A DNA stretch of 64,000 bases from Podarcis tiliguerta (GCA_965153285.1 OZ229119.1); one strand, 5' to 3'. Counted from the first letter of the stretch, positions 26,110 through 39,094 are shown. Program-made: numbers and translations. The notes: a model not told the origin generated them from the letters alone.

Positions 26110-26375
26110 CTTGACAGGATCACCGGCTCTGTCCACTGGAAAATTTCCAGAAAATTAAAGAATCCATTGAAATCCATAAGACTCTTGGGAGAGTCCATCT
26201 TAATTGGTCTCCCACCTCCTGCAGGGTAAAATTAATAGAATTACCCTAAAGTTCAACAGGAAGTGGTCTGACCATGACAGTGGAGTCGTAGAGCCATCAC
26301 CACCCCAATTCCAGACCACCAAATCCAGGGAATGTCCTGTCCTGTGGGTCGGGCCAATGACCACATGAGACATCA
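26110..26375 (-). mobile_element. L2 LINE fragment, end of endonuclease domain
   Basis: GPTHRTGHSLDLV...PLSWSDHF motif in ORF 26200..26418(-). Confidence 0.8.
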
Positions 26376-26936
26376 CTTCATTATACTGCATTTTTCTGTG
26401 AAAGTGCAGTTTGTACATATTTATATAGAATAAATAAATAATGAAGTCTCAAGCTGGATCGGGGGAAAGTAGCCTTGCAAAGGCATGGGCAATATAGCTT
26501 CCTGTCATGCTGTATTTTAAACAGCTCAATGGTGATGACAGCCCTGAATGAATTTTATCTAAACAGGCAAACCCTTGGAACATTTGCTTCAATTTAGTAT
26601 TTTAAGATGTGACCATGACCACACTGTACAACAGATCATCTAGATTTCAAACCAAATCGTAATAGTCTTTCCATTTGATTTTACATCTCAAAAACTAAAT
26701 GATCAAATGCCGTTCTTACAGTGACTCACCAGGAGACCTCTCCAACTGGCAGCTGGCCTTTGGAGCTTTTACCTGGTGCCAGACCAAAAGAGATTGATTG
26801 TGCTGCTTCTGTTCTGCACAGCCAGATGACCAGTAGCCTTCCTGACTGAACTGGCAGAGGCAGCCTCTGGCATGGTGCTGGAGAACTCTAGGACTATTGT
26901 TAAATAATTGATATTGTGACAACTATTGACTAACGA

Positions 26937-27068
26937 TTCTGAAGAAGTGTGCATGCACATGAAAGCTTATACCAAGAACAAACTTAGTTGGTCTCTAAGG
27001 GGCTAGTGGACATTTTTTTTTTTAAATGTATTTCGACTGTGTCAGACCAACACGGCTACCTACCTGAA
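26937..27068 (+). mobile_element. Penelope-like element terminal fragment
   Basis: ctgaagaagtgtgcatgcac..gaaagct..tacc..ttagttggtctctaagg...cagaccaacacggctacc resembles squamate Penelope ends as recalled. Confidence 0.7.
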
Positions 27069-27683
27069 TAGCAATTCTTTAGTTAGATAGATTTGCTGGT
27101 TAATACCCCAGAATAGTCAGCTGATCGGAGCAAATGGTTATGAGATAGTTGGGAATACATTTGATTGGGATACCAACTAAGAGGAGGGAGCAGAGGGGGG
27201 GGGTGTGAACTTGAGACAGAAGGGGAAAGCACGCTGTGAGTTGGCATCTCTGCAAATCTGATGTGGGCTACCAGATCAGCTTTGCCTCCACTTAGGGTTT
27301 ATTTTTATATTTGTAAATAATTATTTGTAAATAAAGCCAACATTATAGTGATACAATAAGTCTCAGCACTCTCATCCAAAGTAAACCAAGCCCATTTAGC
27401 ATTGCCTATGCAACTTTTCACCACTGGGGAAGTGGGGAACACAATACAAGATGACTAATATGTAAGCCTGCACATGGGGTATATTATACTTCTAAGCTTG
27501 CTAGCTTTTCTTCTTTAGTCAATACAATACAATCCTGTGTATGTTTCCTCAGAAGTAAGTCATTCTAGAGCTTCATTCCAAGTAAGAGTGCATGTCATTG
27601 CTGCCTTAAATGTCCGTGTATTTTGTTACTCTGTTAAGGACTGGGAACATTCCCAAAATGTCTTGAGACAGAACAAACATTGC

Positions 27684-27685
<2 letters not shown>

Positions 27686-27729
<44 letters not shown>

Positions 27730-27770
27730 TTTATTTATACCCCGCCCTCCCCAGCCAAAGCTGGGCTCAG
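27686..27770 (-). mobile_element. (AAT)n microsatellite forming the tail of an L2-type 3' end
   Basis: About 14 AAT units followed by tttatttataccccgccctcccc. Confidence 0.7.
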
Positions 27771-28039
27771 CTTTGAATATGTTATTGCTGGTGGCAAGAG
27801 AGAAAAATTAAGAGCAGGCTAAAGTACAGAGAATATGGTTTCTTTTTGCTCTAGAGAATCAAAGTGATCACAAAGGGTACTTTCCCATGGCACATAATCA
27901 TCCCAAGGGATTAAATGCTCCAACAGATCATCCTGATAATACATAGATTTTAGGAAACAGGTGCTGGAGATATGACTTGATTACGTTCAGTGCTCTAAGT
28001 TCACAGTATGAAAAATCGGGAATGAATTTGGAAGTTCAT

Positions 28040-28560
28040 TCCACCACCTTACACTGAGTGTTTCTACACATTACAAAATCAGCCAGAAGCCTCAGGCTTT
28101 TCTGGTCTGAAAAGGCCAGAAACAAGAGGTCTGCACTACGTATAGAGATCTTTAACATATAATATCGCATATTCCAATGTGAATTTCTTCTTTCTAAGTT
28201 GACTTCTACCAGCTGCTGTGAGTTGGTAAAGTAACTTTTTGAGTGTCTGCTGCATTTCTGAAGCAATGTCTGCACAGGAGATTACCTCACTTCTGTCTGG
28301 TACCGTATTTGGTTCACACATGTTTGGATGTGATGCTCTTTTCTTTCTGTTCCTTCTATATTGCAGATTCATCTTTTTTTTGTACATGTACTGAGTTTGA
28401 CCAGGATTTAGTTTCTGATATCAGAAGCTGTCCCCATCTCCCTCCACTTTTTTTTCTTTTACATCTTCGTAGAACTGCAATTACAACACCTTCTAAATAA
28501 GCTCTGTCACTGCCGTCCATCATGTACATCCTATATCCCAGGCCACCCAATGCAGAGTCC
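28040..28560 (-). mobile_element. Possible decayed L1/Tx1 ORF1 fragment
   Basis: Overlapping frameshifted basic ORFs; ISCADIASEMQQTLKKLLYQLTAA...KKFTLEYAILYV loosely resembles an ORF1 C-terminus. Confidence 0.3.
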
Positions 28561-28721
28561 ATCTTATTTAGCCATGGCCCAGGTGCACATGAAAAGTAGA
28601 AATGATGTCACTCAAGGGAACAAACATAAAATAGGAAGAAGCAGAACAGAGTAAGGTCCTGGATCCCTTGAGAACAGCGCAGGATCAGGAGATAGAAGCT
28701 CATCACTAGTAAGGTTGGTGG

Positions 28722-28775
28722 GTAAAAGTTAAAGGTAAATGACCCCTGGATAGCTAGATCCAGTCAAAGGCAACT
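28722..28775 (-). mobile_element. Sauria-SINE-like 3' tail fragment
   Basis: taaaggtaaatgacccctg...tccagtc is the reverse complement of the SINE tail. Confidence 0.55.
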
Positions 28776-29712
28776 GGAAAGAAGAGGGAGAGGGCCAGAT
28801 CTGAGTGCTAACCACACCTTGGAACCAGCTAACGCTCATAGAATAAAACTGACCACCAGTAAAAACTCAGAAATGACACAGTGGGCATATAAGGAGGCAG
28901 CAATTCCTGTCCCATCCAGTGTTCATCACAATCAGAGTTTTCTGTTCTGTTACAGTTAGGCTTCTGTTAAAACCTGGGTTATTTGTCTTCCTACCAGCTA
29001 TGGCTGAAAGCCTGAAACAAACATAATTACGTGCAATTAATTGTGCAATTAACTTCAGGGCATTTCAGTGAAAAGGAAACACAAAAACTATGCAGAAAAT
29101 AATGTGATAATTTGTGTCATGTTTGTGGATTAAAAAAGAAAGCAGCAAAAATTAATGCCACTCATATTTGCTTGCTTCATTTCCATTCTGGACTTTGGGC
29201 AAGCATGAGAGTTATGGCAATCCTCTGCCATCCTTAGGCAGAAGACAGAGTTAAATCTCAGCTATTTAGTGCCCCCACCAGGAGGGGACCTGCGCTTTGG
29301 AATGTTTTTTGGGGAAATCTTGTGCGGATATAATCAAAGGGAAGGCAATTATAGAAGCTTATTTAACATACCTGTTTACTTAACTGGTCTTTTCAAGTAG
29401 CCCTACTAACCTTCCACAGACACATTTTGTACTTTCAGTTTCTATATGGAGCCTTATTTTGCAAATATTCTGTGTGCTACAAAGTACAGAGAAAGGAAGT
29501 AAGGGAGAAAATACATGCTCTGTCTTTTTTTTTCTGTTTTTACTTACCGCCTTATCTGCCCAATCCTATGAATATTTATTAAGAAGTCTTGTTGAGGCCA
29601 TTTAGTCTCCCTGCCACATAAACCTGCATAGCATTCTGCTATAAATCAGTGCTGTTTGTTTGGCATTTGTCACAACAAAAGGTTAGAACTTGAAAATATC
29701 TCTCATCCACAG

Positions 29713-29836
29713 GTAAGGAAGAAGCATTTGCTTATGGTTCCGCAGATAAGATGGAAAGGAACAAAGAACGTACATACCAGTGGCTTCATACACAGGTTTG
29801 GGATTTTGAAGCAACTAGCCCCAGAAATGAAAAATG
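29713..29836 (+). CDS. LRRIQ1: LRRIQ1 coding exon (phase 1 to 2), GKEEAFAYGSADKMERNKERTYQWLHTQVWDFEATSPRNEKC
   Basis: ccacAG acceptor, TG|GTGAGA donor. Matches recalled human ERNREYTYQWLHTQV. Confidence 0.92.
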
Positions 29837-30759
29837 GTGAGATCATTGCCTTTAAATTAGATTTTTGGATTGTAATAACACATCATGTAACATGAAACCC
29901 ATCTTAATTGTCCTAAAACAAATATGCTTTTTTCCCCCCAAAGGCCAGATTGCCAAGTTTCAAACACACTCCCGTTGAGAATTAATTCAATAAATTCTGC
30001 ATCTCATTCTGCCACAAACCTTAGTGAATTGCTATGACATGCCAGCATGCAATATCACTTCATAATATCCATGAATATTTTTTCTGTCAGAAACCCAAAT
30101 AGTTGTATTTATGAAAAATGCAGGGAAACATATATTTTTCTTGTATTCTTCAAGTTACAGAATGCATTCAAAATCATTGCAATTTAATAGCTAACCAGGT
30201 ACACTAAATAGCGTGCCGATGTGCTGAGACATGGCAGATGCTATTTTGAACTAGGCATGAGCTAGACTGGGCAATATATCTTACAGAAATACACAAGGAA
30301 AAGGGGAGCAGAAATAATACAAAGCTTTTGATTGTTTTTTTTTTTTAAAAAATCACAACAAAATTTCAGGTCTGCACATTTGAGGAAATGCTTCCTTTAA
30401 ACTTCAATGATTTATCTTTGTGTTAGTGGTGGTTCTTCAGAAGTCAAAAGAGAGTTTCTCTGAGGACAGTTATCAAGGCTGTCAGGCAGATCACACCTGC
30501 AGATGCGAGGCAATTCTGCCCTCAGATCAGAAAAAAAAACACTCCTCAAAGTTTTATTGTCAGTGGGGGGACAGCTGAATGACAAAAAGCATACAGGTGG
30601 ACTTTTTAAAAACATCATGATTAATAAAGATGCTAAAATGCAAGAGACAAGATCCAATTGGTGGAATATCAGAGGAACTATTACACATAATTGGCATCAG
30701 CCCATAGCACACACAATTCTGCCCCAGGAAGCAGGTGCGCACTATAATGCAACACTACT

Positions 30760-31103
30760 GGGACGCAGGTGGCGCTGTGGGTTAAACCACAGAGCCTAGG
30801 ACTTGCCGATCAGAAGGTCGGCTGTTCGAATCCCCACGACGGGGTGAGCTCCCGTTGCTTGGTCCCTGCTCCTGCCAACCTAGCAGTTCAAAAGCACGTC
30901 AAAGTGCAAGTGGATAAATAGGTACCGCTCCGGCAGGAAGGTAAACGGTATTTCCGTGTGCTGCTCTGGTTCGCCAGAAGCGGCTTAACCATGCTGGCCA
31001 CATGACCCGGAAGCCGTACGCCAGCTCCCTCAGCCAGTAAAGCAAGATGAGCACCGCAACCCCAGCCACGACTGGACCTAATGGTCAGGGGTCCCTTTAC
31101 CTT
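30760..31103 (+). mobile_element. Sauria SINE, full length
   Basis: Highly similar to the 21555 copy, with ACCTT tail. Confidence 0.93.
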
Positions 31104-31592
31104 ACTGTCACACAACATGCTCTCCATAGGCAGCCTGGCAGTCCGAGGTTCTCTGTGCCTCCCAATTTTGATTTATTGTTATTTAACATCATTTATATCC
31201 TACTTGCTTGTAATAATAGCTCTAAACAGAACCCTCCCTTCCTTTATTTGCAAGTTATTTGTGTTGAGATCAATGGTGCAGTGGACCCAGGGACAAAGTG
31301 CCACGATTGATTTCTCAGTAGGGATGTTAATGGCATGATTTTGTAGGGCGCTATCTGCCAATCCCATGCCAAATTGAATTAAACATTGTGAGCAGCTGCT
31401 TACCTAACAGCAATGGTAACCATATCAAGTGGAAGTCAGTGACAACAGATACTCCCCAAAATATTCTTATTTGGAACAAGATTGTATATTTCAATTAATT
31501 ATGTTTAGGACTGAGATGCCAGACAACGTTAGAATATCTTAGAAATGAATTTCATTTATATGGAATATTATTTAAAAGAACAATCCTCAGGT

Positions 31593-31748
31593 AATCATAG
31601 AATCACAGAATTGTAGAGTTGGAAGGGACCCTGAGGATCATCTAGTCCAACCCCCTGCAATGCTGGAATATGCAGCTGTTCCAAACAGGAATCAAACCTG
31701 CAACCTAGGTGTTATCAGCACTGCTCTCCAACCAGCGGAGCTATCCAG
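31593..31748 (-). mobile_element. tRNA(Ile)-derived SINE with CR1-type 3' tail
   Basis: Minus strand reads GGATAGCTCCGCTGGTTGGAGAGCAGTGCTGATAACACCTAGGTTGCAGGTTTGATTCC, then the CR1 tail. Confidence 0.8.
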
Positions 31749-33191
31749 GCTCTCATGATAGTCTTCAGAAAAAGATAGAAGTTCAATTCATAGTTTAACC
31801 CTTTAAACAATATTTTATATAATGATGAGGTTTTTTTATATACAGGAGTACCATACTTACCCTTGAAAAATATATGTTTTTTAAAACCAGGTGAAAAGAT
31901 AAAACCATAAACTATAGTATTTTTAATCCTTATCTTGTGCTCTGTAAGTTAGCAGAGGGGCCCAGATATTACAATTTAGTTTTAATTTTATTCCCTGGTT
32001 TTAATTTTCATAAAAGCATTTAGAGAAGATAAATACAATAGTTTTTTAGACTTAAGGTCAAATGTCATTTATGCAATCTCAGTTGTTTCTAACAACACAC
32101 TCCTATATATGCCTACTCAGAAGTAAGCCATAGAGTTCAATTGGACTTATTTCCAGATAAGTAGGTATACTGTTGCAGTCTAAATCATATTAAATCACTT
32201 CTGTAGATGTGTGTGGCACATTAATGTTAATAGCATTTGTTAGGATAATTTAGGTATTATGACTGATCCTACTTACCCTCAACTTGATGGCAAAACATCA
32301 ACTGGAAAGGAATCAGAAGCCATGTGGTCAAATAACTGATAGACTTATCTAACCAAAACCAAGATTACTGCTATATAATAGACTGCTTGAATAAGATTGG
32401 ATAATGATAGGTGTAATTTATACTCCTTCAATACACTAGTAAATTTGATAAATTTCTAGCTATTAAAGAACTTGCATTTTGAGAATTTTATCTTAAACTT
32501 TCTGGCAATGAATGACTTCCTTATCTGTTTGAGCCAGATTGTTAAAAATAATATTCCTTAAACCCACTGAAAATAAGAGCCAAAATTCTTAATGATATTT
32601 AGCTAAACATTTGACAACCTGCCGTTTCTAAGCAGTAGGTGTCATACAGCCCAATGCTAACTATCATAGAATCATGGAGTTGTAGAGTTGGAAAGATATG
32701 TTTATCCAGAAGTCCCATTGATTATAGTGAAACTTGCCAACAGGTAAATATGTACACTTAAGGACAGGACCTAGTAATTGCCTTAAGCGTTTGTTTTGTA
32801 TTGTTCTCAAACCGATATTTAGTTGGGGGGGGGGTTATACTATTAAAATACTTTCAGCTGTGTTTATGGTATTCATACATTGCCATGAGACAATTGTAAA
32901 ATGCTCTCCATAAATTGTTTAATAGTGATATTTATGTGTGCCCAAGCAAGCTTTAGGTTTGTCATACCCCACTTGACATGCCTAAGAAATCACTTTTGAA
33001 ATAGAGAGAAGACTGGGAGGAAGCAGTGTGTTGTGTGGTTTAAATTTGTCGCTCAAAGATAAGGCAAACAGCTCACTGGGTATACCAAAGCCCTTGGAGC
33101 AATTGAAATAGTTCATTGGGTACTAGCTTTAGTATTCTGATGCATTTTATTCTGTTACTGACATATTTGTCGTTTTCCATTCACTGTATAG

Positions 33192-33252
33192 CAAACATTT
33201 CTTACCTGAGATAGATCCAGAAGTTATCAAGGGAGGAAGAGTTCAACATGTG
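33192..33252 (+). CDS. LRRIQ1: LRRIQ1 coding exon (phase 2 to 0), KHFLPEIDPEVIKGGRVQHV
   Basis: tatAG acceptor, GTG|GTAAGA donor. Matches recalled human HFLPELDPDVLNGGRVQLV. Confidence 0.92.
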
Positions 33253-33734
33253 GTAAGATGTTTTGTTTTGTTTTGTTTTTACCATGGTAACTGGTTTTTT
33301 AAAAATCTGGACATTTATTATTATTATTATTAAATTTAAATGCCACCCTTTATCAAAAGATCTCAGGGCACAACATTAACTCAGTGTACAACATTAAAAA
33401 AATTATTACAATTGCAATCCCATGCATTCTTAACTGGCAGTGAGCCCCACTGAACTCAATGTGACTTACTTATGGGTAAATATGCATATGATTGTCCTAT
33501 AAATGCTTCTGAGATCAGGGTGAGACTTTCTTTGAATGCTACAGCTGTGTAAAATCAAATCTGCATATATACATAATTCATAATCCCTTTGCATTTGCCA
33601 TCTGTACCTCAATTGTGGGTTATCCCCTTGCATGTGTCATTACCAGTCCGCCAGGAGCTGCACTGGCTTTTGATAAGCTGCCGAGTGCAACGTAAGGTGT
33701 TGATTTCAAAAGCCCGGAATGACTAGGAACACAA

Positions 33735-33860
33735 ATACTTAAAGGAGCACCTCTGCAATGCTCAACAGGGATCAACAGGGAGGCCTTACTTTTAGTCCCA
33801 CTGTTGTGTGGTGACACAAAGCAAGGCCTTCTCTGTGATGGCACCCCAACTGTGGAAAAT
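33735..33860 (+). mobile_element. L2 LINE ORF2 3' fragment
   Basis: aggccttctctgtgatggcaccccaactgtggaa encodes AFSVMAPQLW. Confidence 0.6.
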
Positions 33861-34689
33861 TACAATGAACCCCCTCAGTAACTATTGTTTGGCACCAGCT
33901 TAATTTATTCATGAAGACTTTTTGAAGATAAGGGAGAGTGTCTTACTGGCATGAACATTCAAGTTCTTACTAAATTACTGGAAGTATTCTATTGGGGAAA
34001 ATGTTTTAGCTGCGATTTTAGTTTTTCCTTATATTTTATGTGATTGCTTTGTGATCTATATAGGTAAAGAGCTGTTTAGAAATAAACATGAGTTGTGAGC
34101 CCTTGTTCCGCTTGTTCAATTGCACATTGACTTTCAGCAGTACCTGAGATTTCTAGGTGCAGGGAGAATATACAATGTATTAGGGTGGGTGCTGAATCCA
34201 GTTGTGTGAACAACAGAGTACCACTCAAAAATAATTACTTGTGTATGAATAGCAAACTGACTTTACTCAGGTGTATGCTACATCCCCTCTGACGAACAAC
34301 ATAATACACTTACAAAATATGTGGTTGGCTTTTGTTCACAGTATAATACTGATTTATCTCTGAATTTTGTTTGAGGAATGAATTTTACCCCCAGTCTGAA
34401 TGACTAGTAACCCAGATTACTTTTTTTGTATAAGCCTACAAAGAGATCAAGCTACTTCTTTAAGACCTGTTTGATACAGCCAGGCATGTTAATTGGTAGC
34501 TTCTGCCTCATGGACGTATTAATTTCAAAACATTTACTGAAAGTTTGAGATGACTCCCACCAGAATAAAAGAATAAAAACCAGCAATAAGTTTTTAAAAT
34601 AACAATCAGTACAGTAGACTCTGCAGCAGCAGGAACGCAGCACCACAGTGTCCACTTCGTGGCCATAAGCATTCTGCCAGAGGTATGTT

Positions 34690-34890
34690 TTAGTGTTTAA
34701 GCACAGACTAGGACTGAGAGAACTCAGGTTTCAAACCCTTTTATGCCGTAAGCCTCACTTAATGACTTTGGGCAGGTCATGCAAACTCAGTCTGACCTAG
34801 TTCACATAGTTGTGGTGAGGACTAAAGAATCCTACTTTGAGGTCCAAGGAAGAAAGGCAGGATGTAAATGTTGCAAATAAAACAAATAAA
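34690..34890 (+). mobile_element. MIR/Ther1-like (Squam3-type) CORE SINE, degraded
   Basis: tgactttgggcaggtca CORE motif, gttgtggtgagga, and gaaaggcaggatgtaaat L2-type tail. Confidence 0.7.
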
Positions 34891-36983
34891 TAGGACACAA
34901 GGCCAAAGTATCTCATCAGATAGGTTGTTCTTGGGTTCATCAGCATGGCATCCACGGCCAACAGTATGCCCACCAGGACCTCATCTGGTACAATGAAATA
35001 TTTCCTCAAAAGTCCGCAATAATTGAGAAAGTATTTTCTCTTTCTCCTCAGTCCCTGTCTGCACTGTCTTGGCCTCTCCTATACACCCTCATAGCAGCCA
35101 TTTTGTGAGTGGTGCCCACGGCACTTTCTCAAAATTCCTGATTTTCCCACTGGTCCAAAAAAGTTTGTGACTCCTGTTCTACAGCCTCAAAATCATTAAG
35201 ATAAAATTATGTCTTCACCTCACATGTGTGCACATGGAGTAGGAATAGCCTTGCATAGCTAAGGCACTAAATCAGCTAATCTAGGGAGAGGTGAACTTTA
35301 AGAAACCTGTAGGTGCCAGACTATAAAGGGATTTTAAAAGAGCCACCTTAAATTAAGTCCAGAAGGTGTCTACTCTTTGCAAAGTAGGATGAATATATTC
35401 CCAAATGTAAGCTTCTTCCAAGAGATGGGCAACAGAATTCTGCACTAGTTGAAGCTTCTGGTCTATGTTCATGGACAGCCTTCAATGAAGCACACTTCAG
35501 CAATACATTTTAGAGATTACAAAAGCATGGAGCAGCATGGGAAAACCTCTTTTCTCCAAAAAGGGGGCAAGACTATATAACAGATGAAGTGGATAAAACA
35601 GATGTTTGTCTAACAGATTGGGAGAATTTAGATCAGGGTTAACTGGCAATTAGATTTCTGGCAATTAATAGTTGATCAGCAAGGGTCTCCTATTTTTGTT
35701 AGGAACAACAGCAACATAATTACTTTTTTCTAGCTAAATTAGGCTGCTGAAATGTGTCCACCAAGTTCATAGGCTCAGGGTGTGCTCAGAGGCCCCCTGT
35801 TCTTTAATTCCAACTGTCTTCTGCACATGGTTCCAGTTTGTAGGTCTTGGGGTTCTATGGGAAACCAAAACCAAACTAGATCCAAGAAACCTGAAGTCTA
35901 CTCCAGTCTATAAGAGTGGACAAACACTGAATGACTGCATTAATTTGTTCTGCCAAGATTTTGGAATCACCACAGTCATTACAGATACACTTCAGAAGCT
36001 GAGAGCACTTAGTCCATTGAAATAATTGAGAAATAAAGACTGTACTGTATTCTTAGGTCCTCCCTCAATGAGATGTAAGTGTGTTTTAACTTTCTTGCAT
36101 ATGCACCAACTAATTTCACTTAAAATGTTAGTACATTTATGAATTGTAATTTTATTTATGTTTTAAACCTTAAATACAGCATTGCATTCACAAATAACAC
36201 ATTTTTAAACTCGGCAAAATTAAATTCATATGTACATTTCAGTTTCATAGGCTGTGATCCTTACATGGAAATAAATCTAAACATAAATAGTCTTACTTAC
36301 AAGGATTTATGGTTCAAAGACCAGTATTTGTAATGTACAGATATGTGCATTGCTGAAACCATTGAATTAATTTCTCTATTCAATCTCCATTCTAAATCTA
36401 AAAACATACTGACATGAAAGAACTTTTTTCTGTTCTATTCTTTTAAATCCATCAATATGTTACATTTTAATATAATTATCTTATGCAAGCTGTACATAAA
36501 AACTCTTCTGAAGGTTTAGTTAGGTAGCAAAGATGAAATTACTCACTCAGTGTTTGATTGATAGAACTGATACTTGCTCTGGATTAAGCACAAATATGGC
36601 AAAAAAATAATCAAATATAACATTTCTGGCTTTCAACTCTGACTTTAAATTATAGACTGCTCAGTAAATGATCTTAAGCTGTTTAAGGTTTCATCAGTTG
36701 TCTGCAAGATTTATTTTCTTCAAAATTACTGTACTAAAATGTTGTCTTTTGTTGCTGCACTGATTCTGATCACAAACCACAATTTTAAGATCGCCTCCTA
36801 TTTACAAAAATGCTTTGACATAGTGCATTTGTTCAGACTGGGCAGCAATAAAGGATTGTGGGATCATTCTGAAGAAGATTGTTTGACAGAGCCGGCTTGT
36901 TTATTTGAGAGTAATGTGAGCTGCATTCAGAAAATGTCATATTTTGTTTCTTGATTGTGTACATTCTCTTTCACTGCTTCCAG

Positions 36984-37148
36984 ACAAGCCCTGTAAGGAG
37001 AGAAGACACGGATTTAGAGCTTGTTTCCATGACCAGTGGAAGTACTTTGACTCAGAACAAAGAAAAAAATAATCAGCCACACAGACACTCTGCAGGACCT
37101 TCAAGTAAGTTGTACTTTCCTTTTAATAATCAGCTAGATAAAGCTTGA
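36984..37148 (+). CDS. LRRIQ1: LRRIQ1 last coding exon, TSPVRREDTDLELVSMTSGSTLTQNKEKNNQPHRHSAGPSSKLYFPFNNQLDKA*
   Basis: gcttccAG acceptor, phase 0, TGA at 37146-37148. Matches recalled human REDTDLDLFSMTNGS...HRHSAGSSSKL. Confidence 0.9.
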   Translation, partial: TSPVRREDTDLELVSMTSGSTLTQNKEKNNQPHRHSAGPSSKLYFPFNNQLDKA

Positions 37149-37309
37149 ATCACCTGACAGGGCTTAGCATCAAATGACACAATCTTAGCAGGACAGTGGT
37201 GGTTTAGTCTCTACTTCTGCCCTTATTTTGAAATGTTATGTGACTATAAAATGTATGCCTGTAGATATATTGAAATGTTAGTGTATGCATATAGATACCA
37301 TAGAACTAC

Positions 37310-37430
37310 CTAAATGTATGTGTGTATCTGGCATATCCAGAGCGAGAAATATGTATGTATGTATGTATGTATGTGTATGTATATGTATATGTATATACAT
37401 GTGTATATGTATAGACATATACATACATAC
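37310..37430. repeat. Compound (TATG)/(TA)/(CATA) microsatellite
   Basis: Read directly. Confidence 0.9.
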
Positions 37431-37569
37431 AGTGCTTTTTCTGGGGGTACACAGGTATGCATACCCCCTAAACATTTTGTGAATCTAAGTTTGGCCTCAT
37501 TGAGGGGCAGTATTTCAATATGAGTAGGAAAATGAGAGTACCCCTAAACATTTTGGGGGGATATCACTG
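37430..37569. mobile_element. Short DNA-transposon-like element inside a TA/TG/CA microsatellite
   Basis: CAGTG...CACTG termini and internal direct repeat cccctaaacattttg. Confidence 0.6.
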
Positions 37570-37916
37570 CATATATATATATCTAGATGTGTATGAATGG
37601 GAGAGTGATTGACAAATTGATTTAAAGAGAGTGTGTATGATAATGTGTGTGCATAAAACCATGTGGAAAATTAGAATCATCAGAGATTTTGTTTAACTAA
37701 AACCTATAATTTAGTTACTTATTCCTCTAGGCCCTACCAAACCCTTTGATGTTTCCTGAAGATGGGTATTTGTCTGCCGCTTAAGGCCTAATCCTGAAAC
37801 CACTTGCTCATTGGTAGCTTTCAGTGAGACAAATGGCATGGTTTCATTCACTTTAGTAGTGCAGCTTTGATTTAAAATGAGAGTCTTCTGTCTTTTAAAT
37901 TGTTTAATCCATAAGT

Positions 37917-37922
37917 ATTAAA
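37917..37922 (+). terminator. Candidate LRRIQ1 polyadenylation signal ATTAAA; alternative AATAAA at 38377-38382
   Basis: First hexamer signals noticed downstream of the stop codon; usage unverified. Confidence 0.25.
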
Positions 37923-39094
37923 TCAGTAATTTGACATGAACAGTTTAGTGTACTTCTTTTTACAGAAGGTGAAGGCAAAAAAAGAGTATCGTATGCAATT
38001 AATCCACAAACAGCAGTTAAGCACATACTGCAATAAGTCTAACACTAAGATTTGCTTTGCTACCATACAAGTTGCAAAGTTTGGGCATACCAAAACTATA
38101 CCAGTATAGAATCACACTACTTGATGTTATGATTCCTTCATAGAAAATGTCTGGTGGAGTTGGCACAAATGCTTAGGATGAAAGTGTATGTTGAATTCAA
38201 GAACCAGGCAGCCTTTATTCAGAAACATATATTTAAATAGCACTTTTATAAAGAATTGGTGGACAGGTAGAAATACGTGGTTTACCAGAAAAAGTAATCA
38301 GAAATATTTTAGTATTTTAAAACTATAAGAAAAATAAGATTGAGATATAATAATGTTTCAAAGGTACTTATTAGTGAATAAAGCTGAGGTCTGTTGCATT
38401 ACTATGTTCATTTATATTCTAATTTTTCTAAGAAATCTGGAGAGTCAATTTTCAAGCTTAGTGTAATTTTGGCTTAGAGAGTCAATTAGCTGCTTTTGGC
38501 ACTGAAGAGTTTGTATGCCCCAGTGATTTTTGCTAATATTTTTAATTTGATTCCAAAGATGAATGCTTTTATGAAACTCCTCTTTGTTTCAAAAGAGAAT
38601 TCTTGCATGGCAACTTTAGACTTCCTTTGTTTTTGTTTTTGGTCTGGGCTATTTCACATTCTAAAAAGTCTAAGACTGCAATCCTCTGCATACTCTCTGG
38701 GAAAGCCCAAAGTGGGGCTTGCTTCTGAATGAACATGAGTAAGATTGCAACACATTCAACAGTCATACTCTGAAACACTTTTTCATAATAATATAAAGGA
38801 CTACAACACTTTTACATTTTTCCTACCATGGTAAAATAATTACAATAATAAGTAAATCTATTTGAAAATATCATTCATTGACTTGGACCTGGAGAAAGGC
38901 ACCCTCTGCAAACTGAATTGAAAGAAATGCATAGATTAGAAATTCAATGAGTTCCATTATTTGCTTTTTTAAAAGATAAATGATGCATCCTTCTCGGTAA
39001 AAGTTCCCTTTGCCAGTGAGGGTGGACAGTTTTTCATTCACTGAAAGATTGTGAGGCCTATGCTTCCCTTCAGCCTAATCCTCTCCTGTGATTG

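Noticed and set aside
27070-27450. Possible solo LTR (G-run, AATAAA)
   Set aside because: Could not define TG...CA termini or a target duplication.
37278-37523. ORFs rich in M/C/V/Y/I/H
   Set aside because: Translations of a microsatellite.
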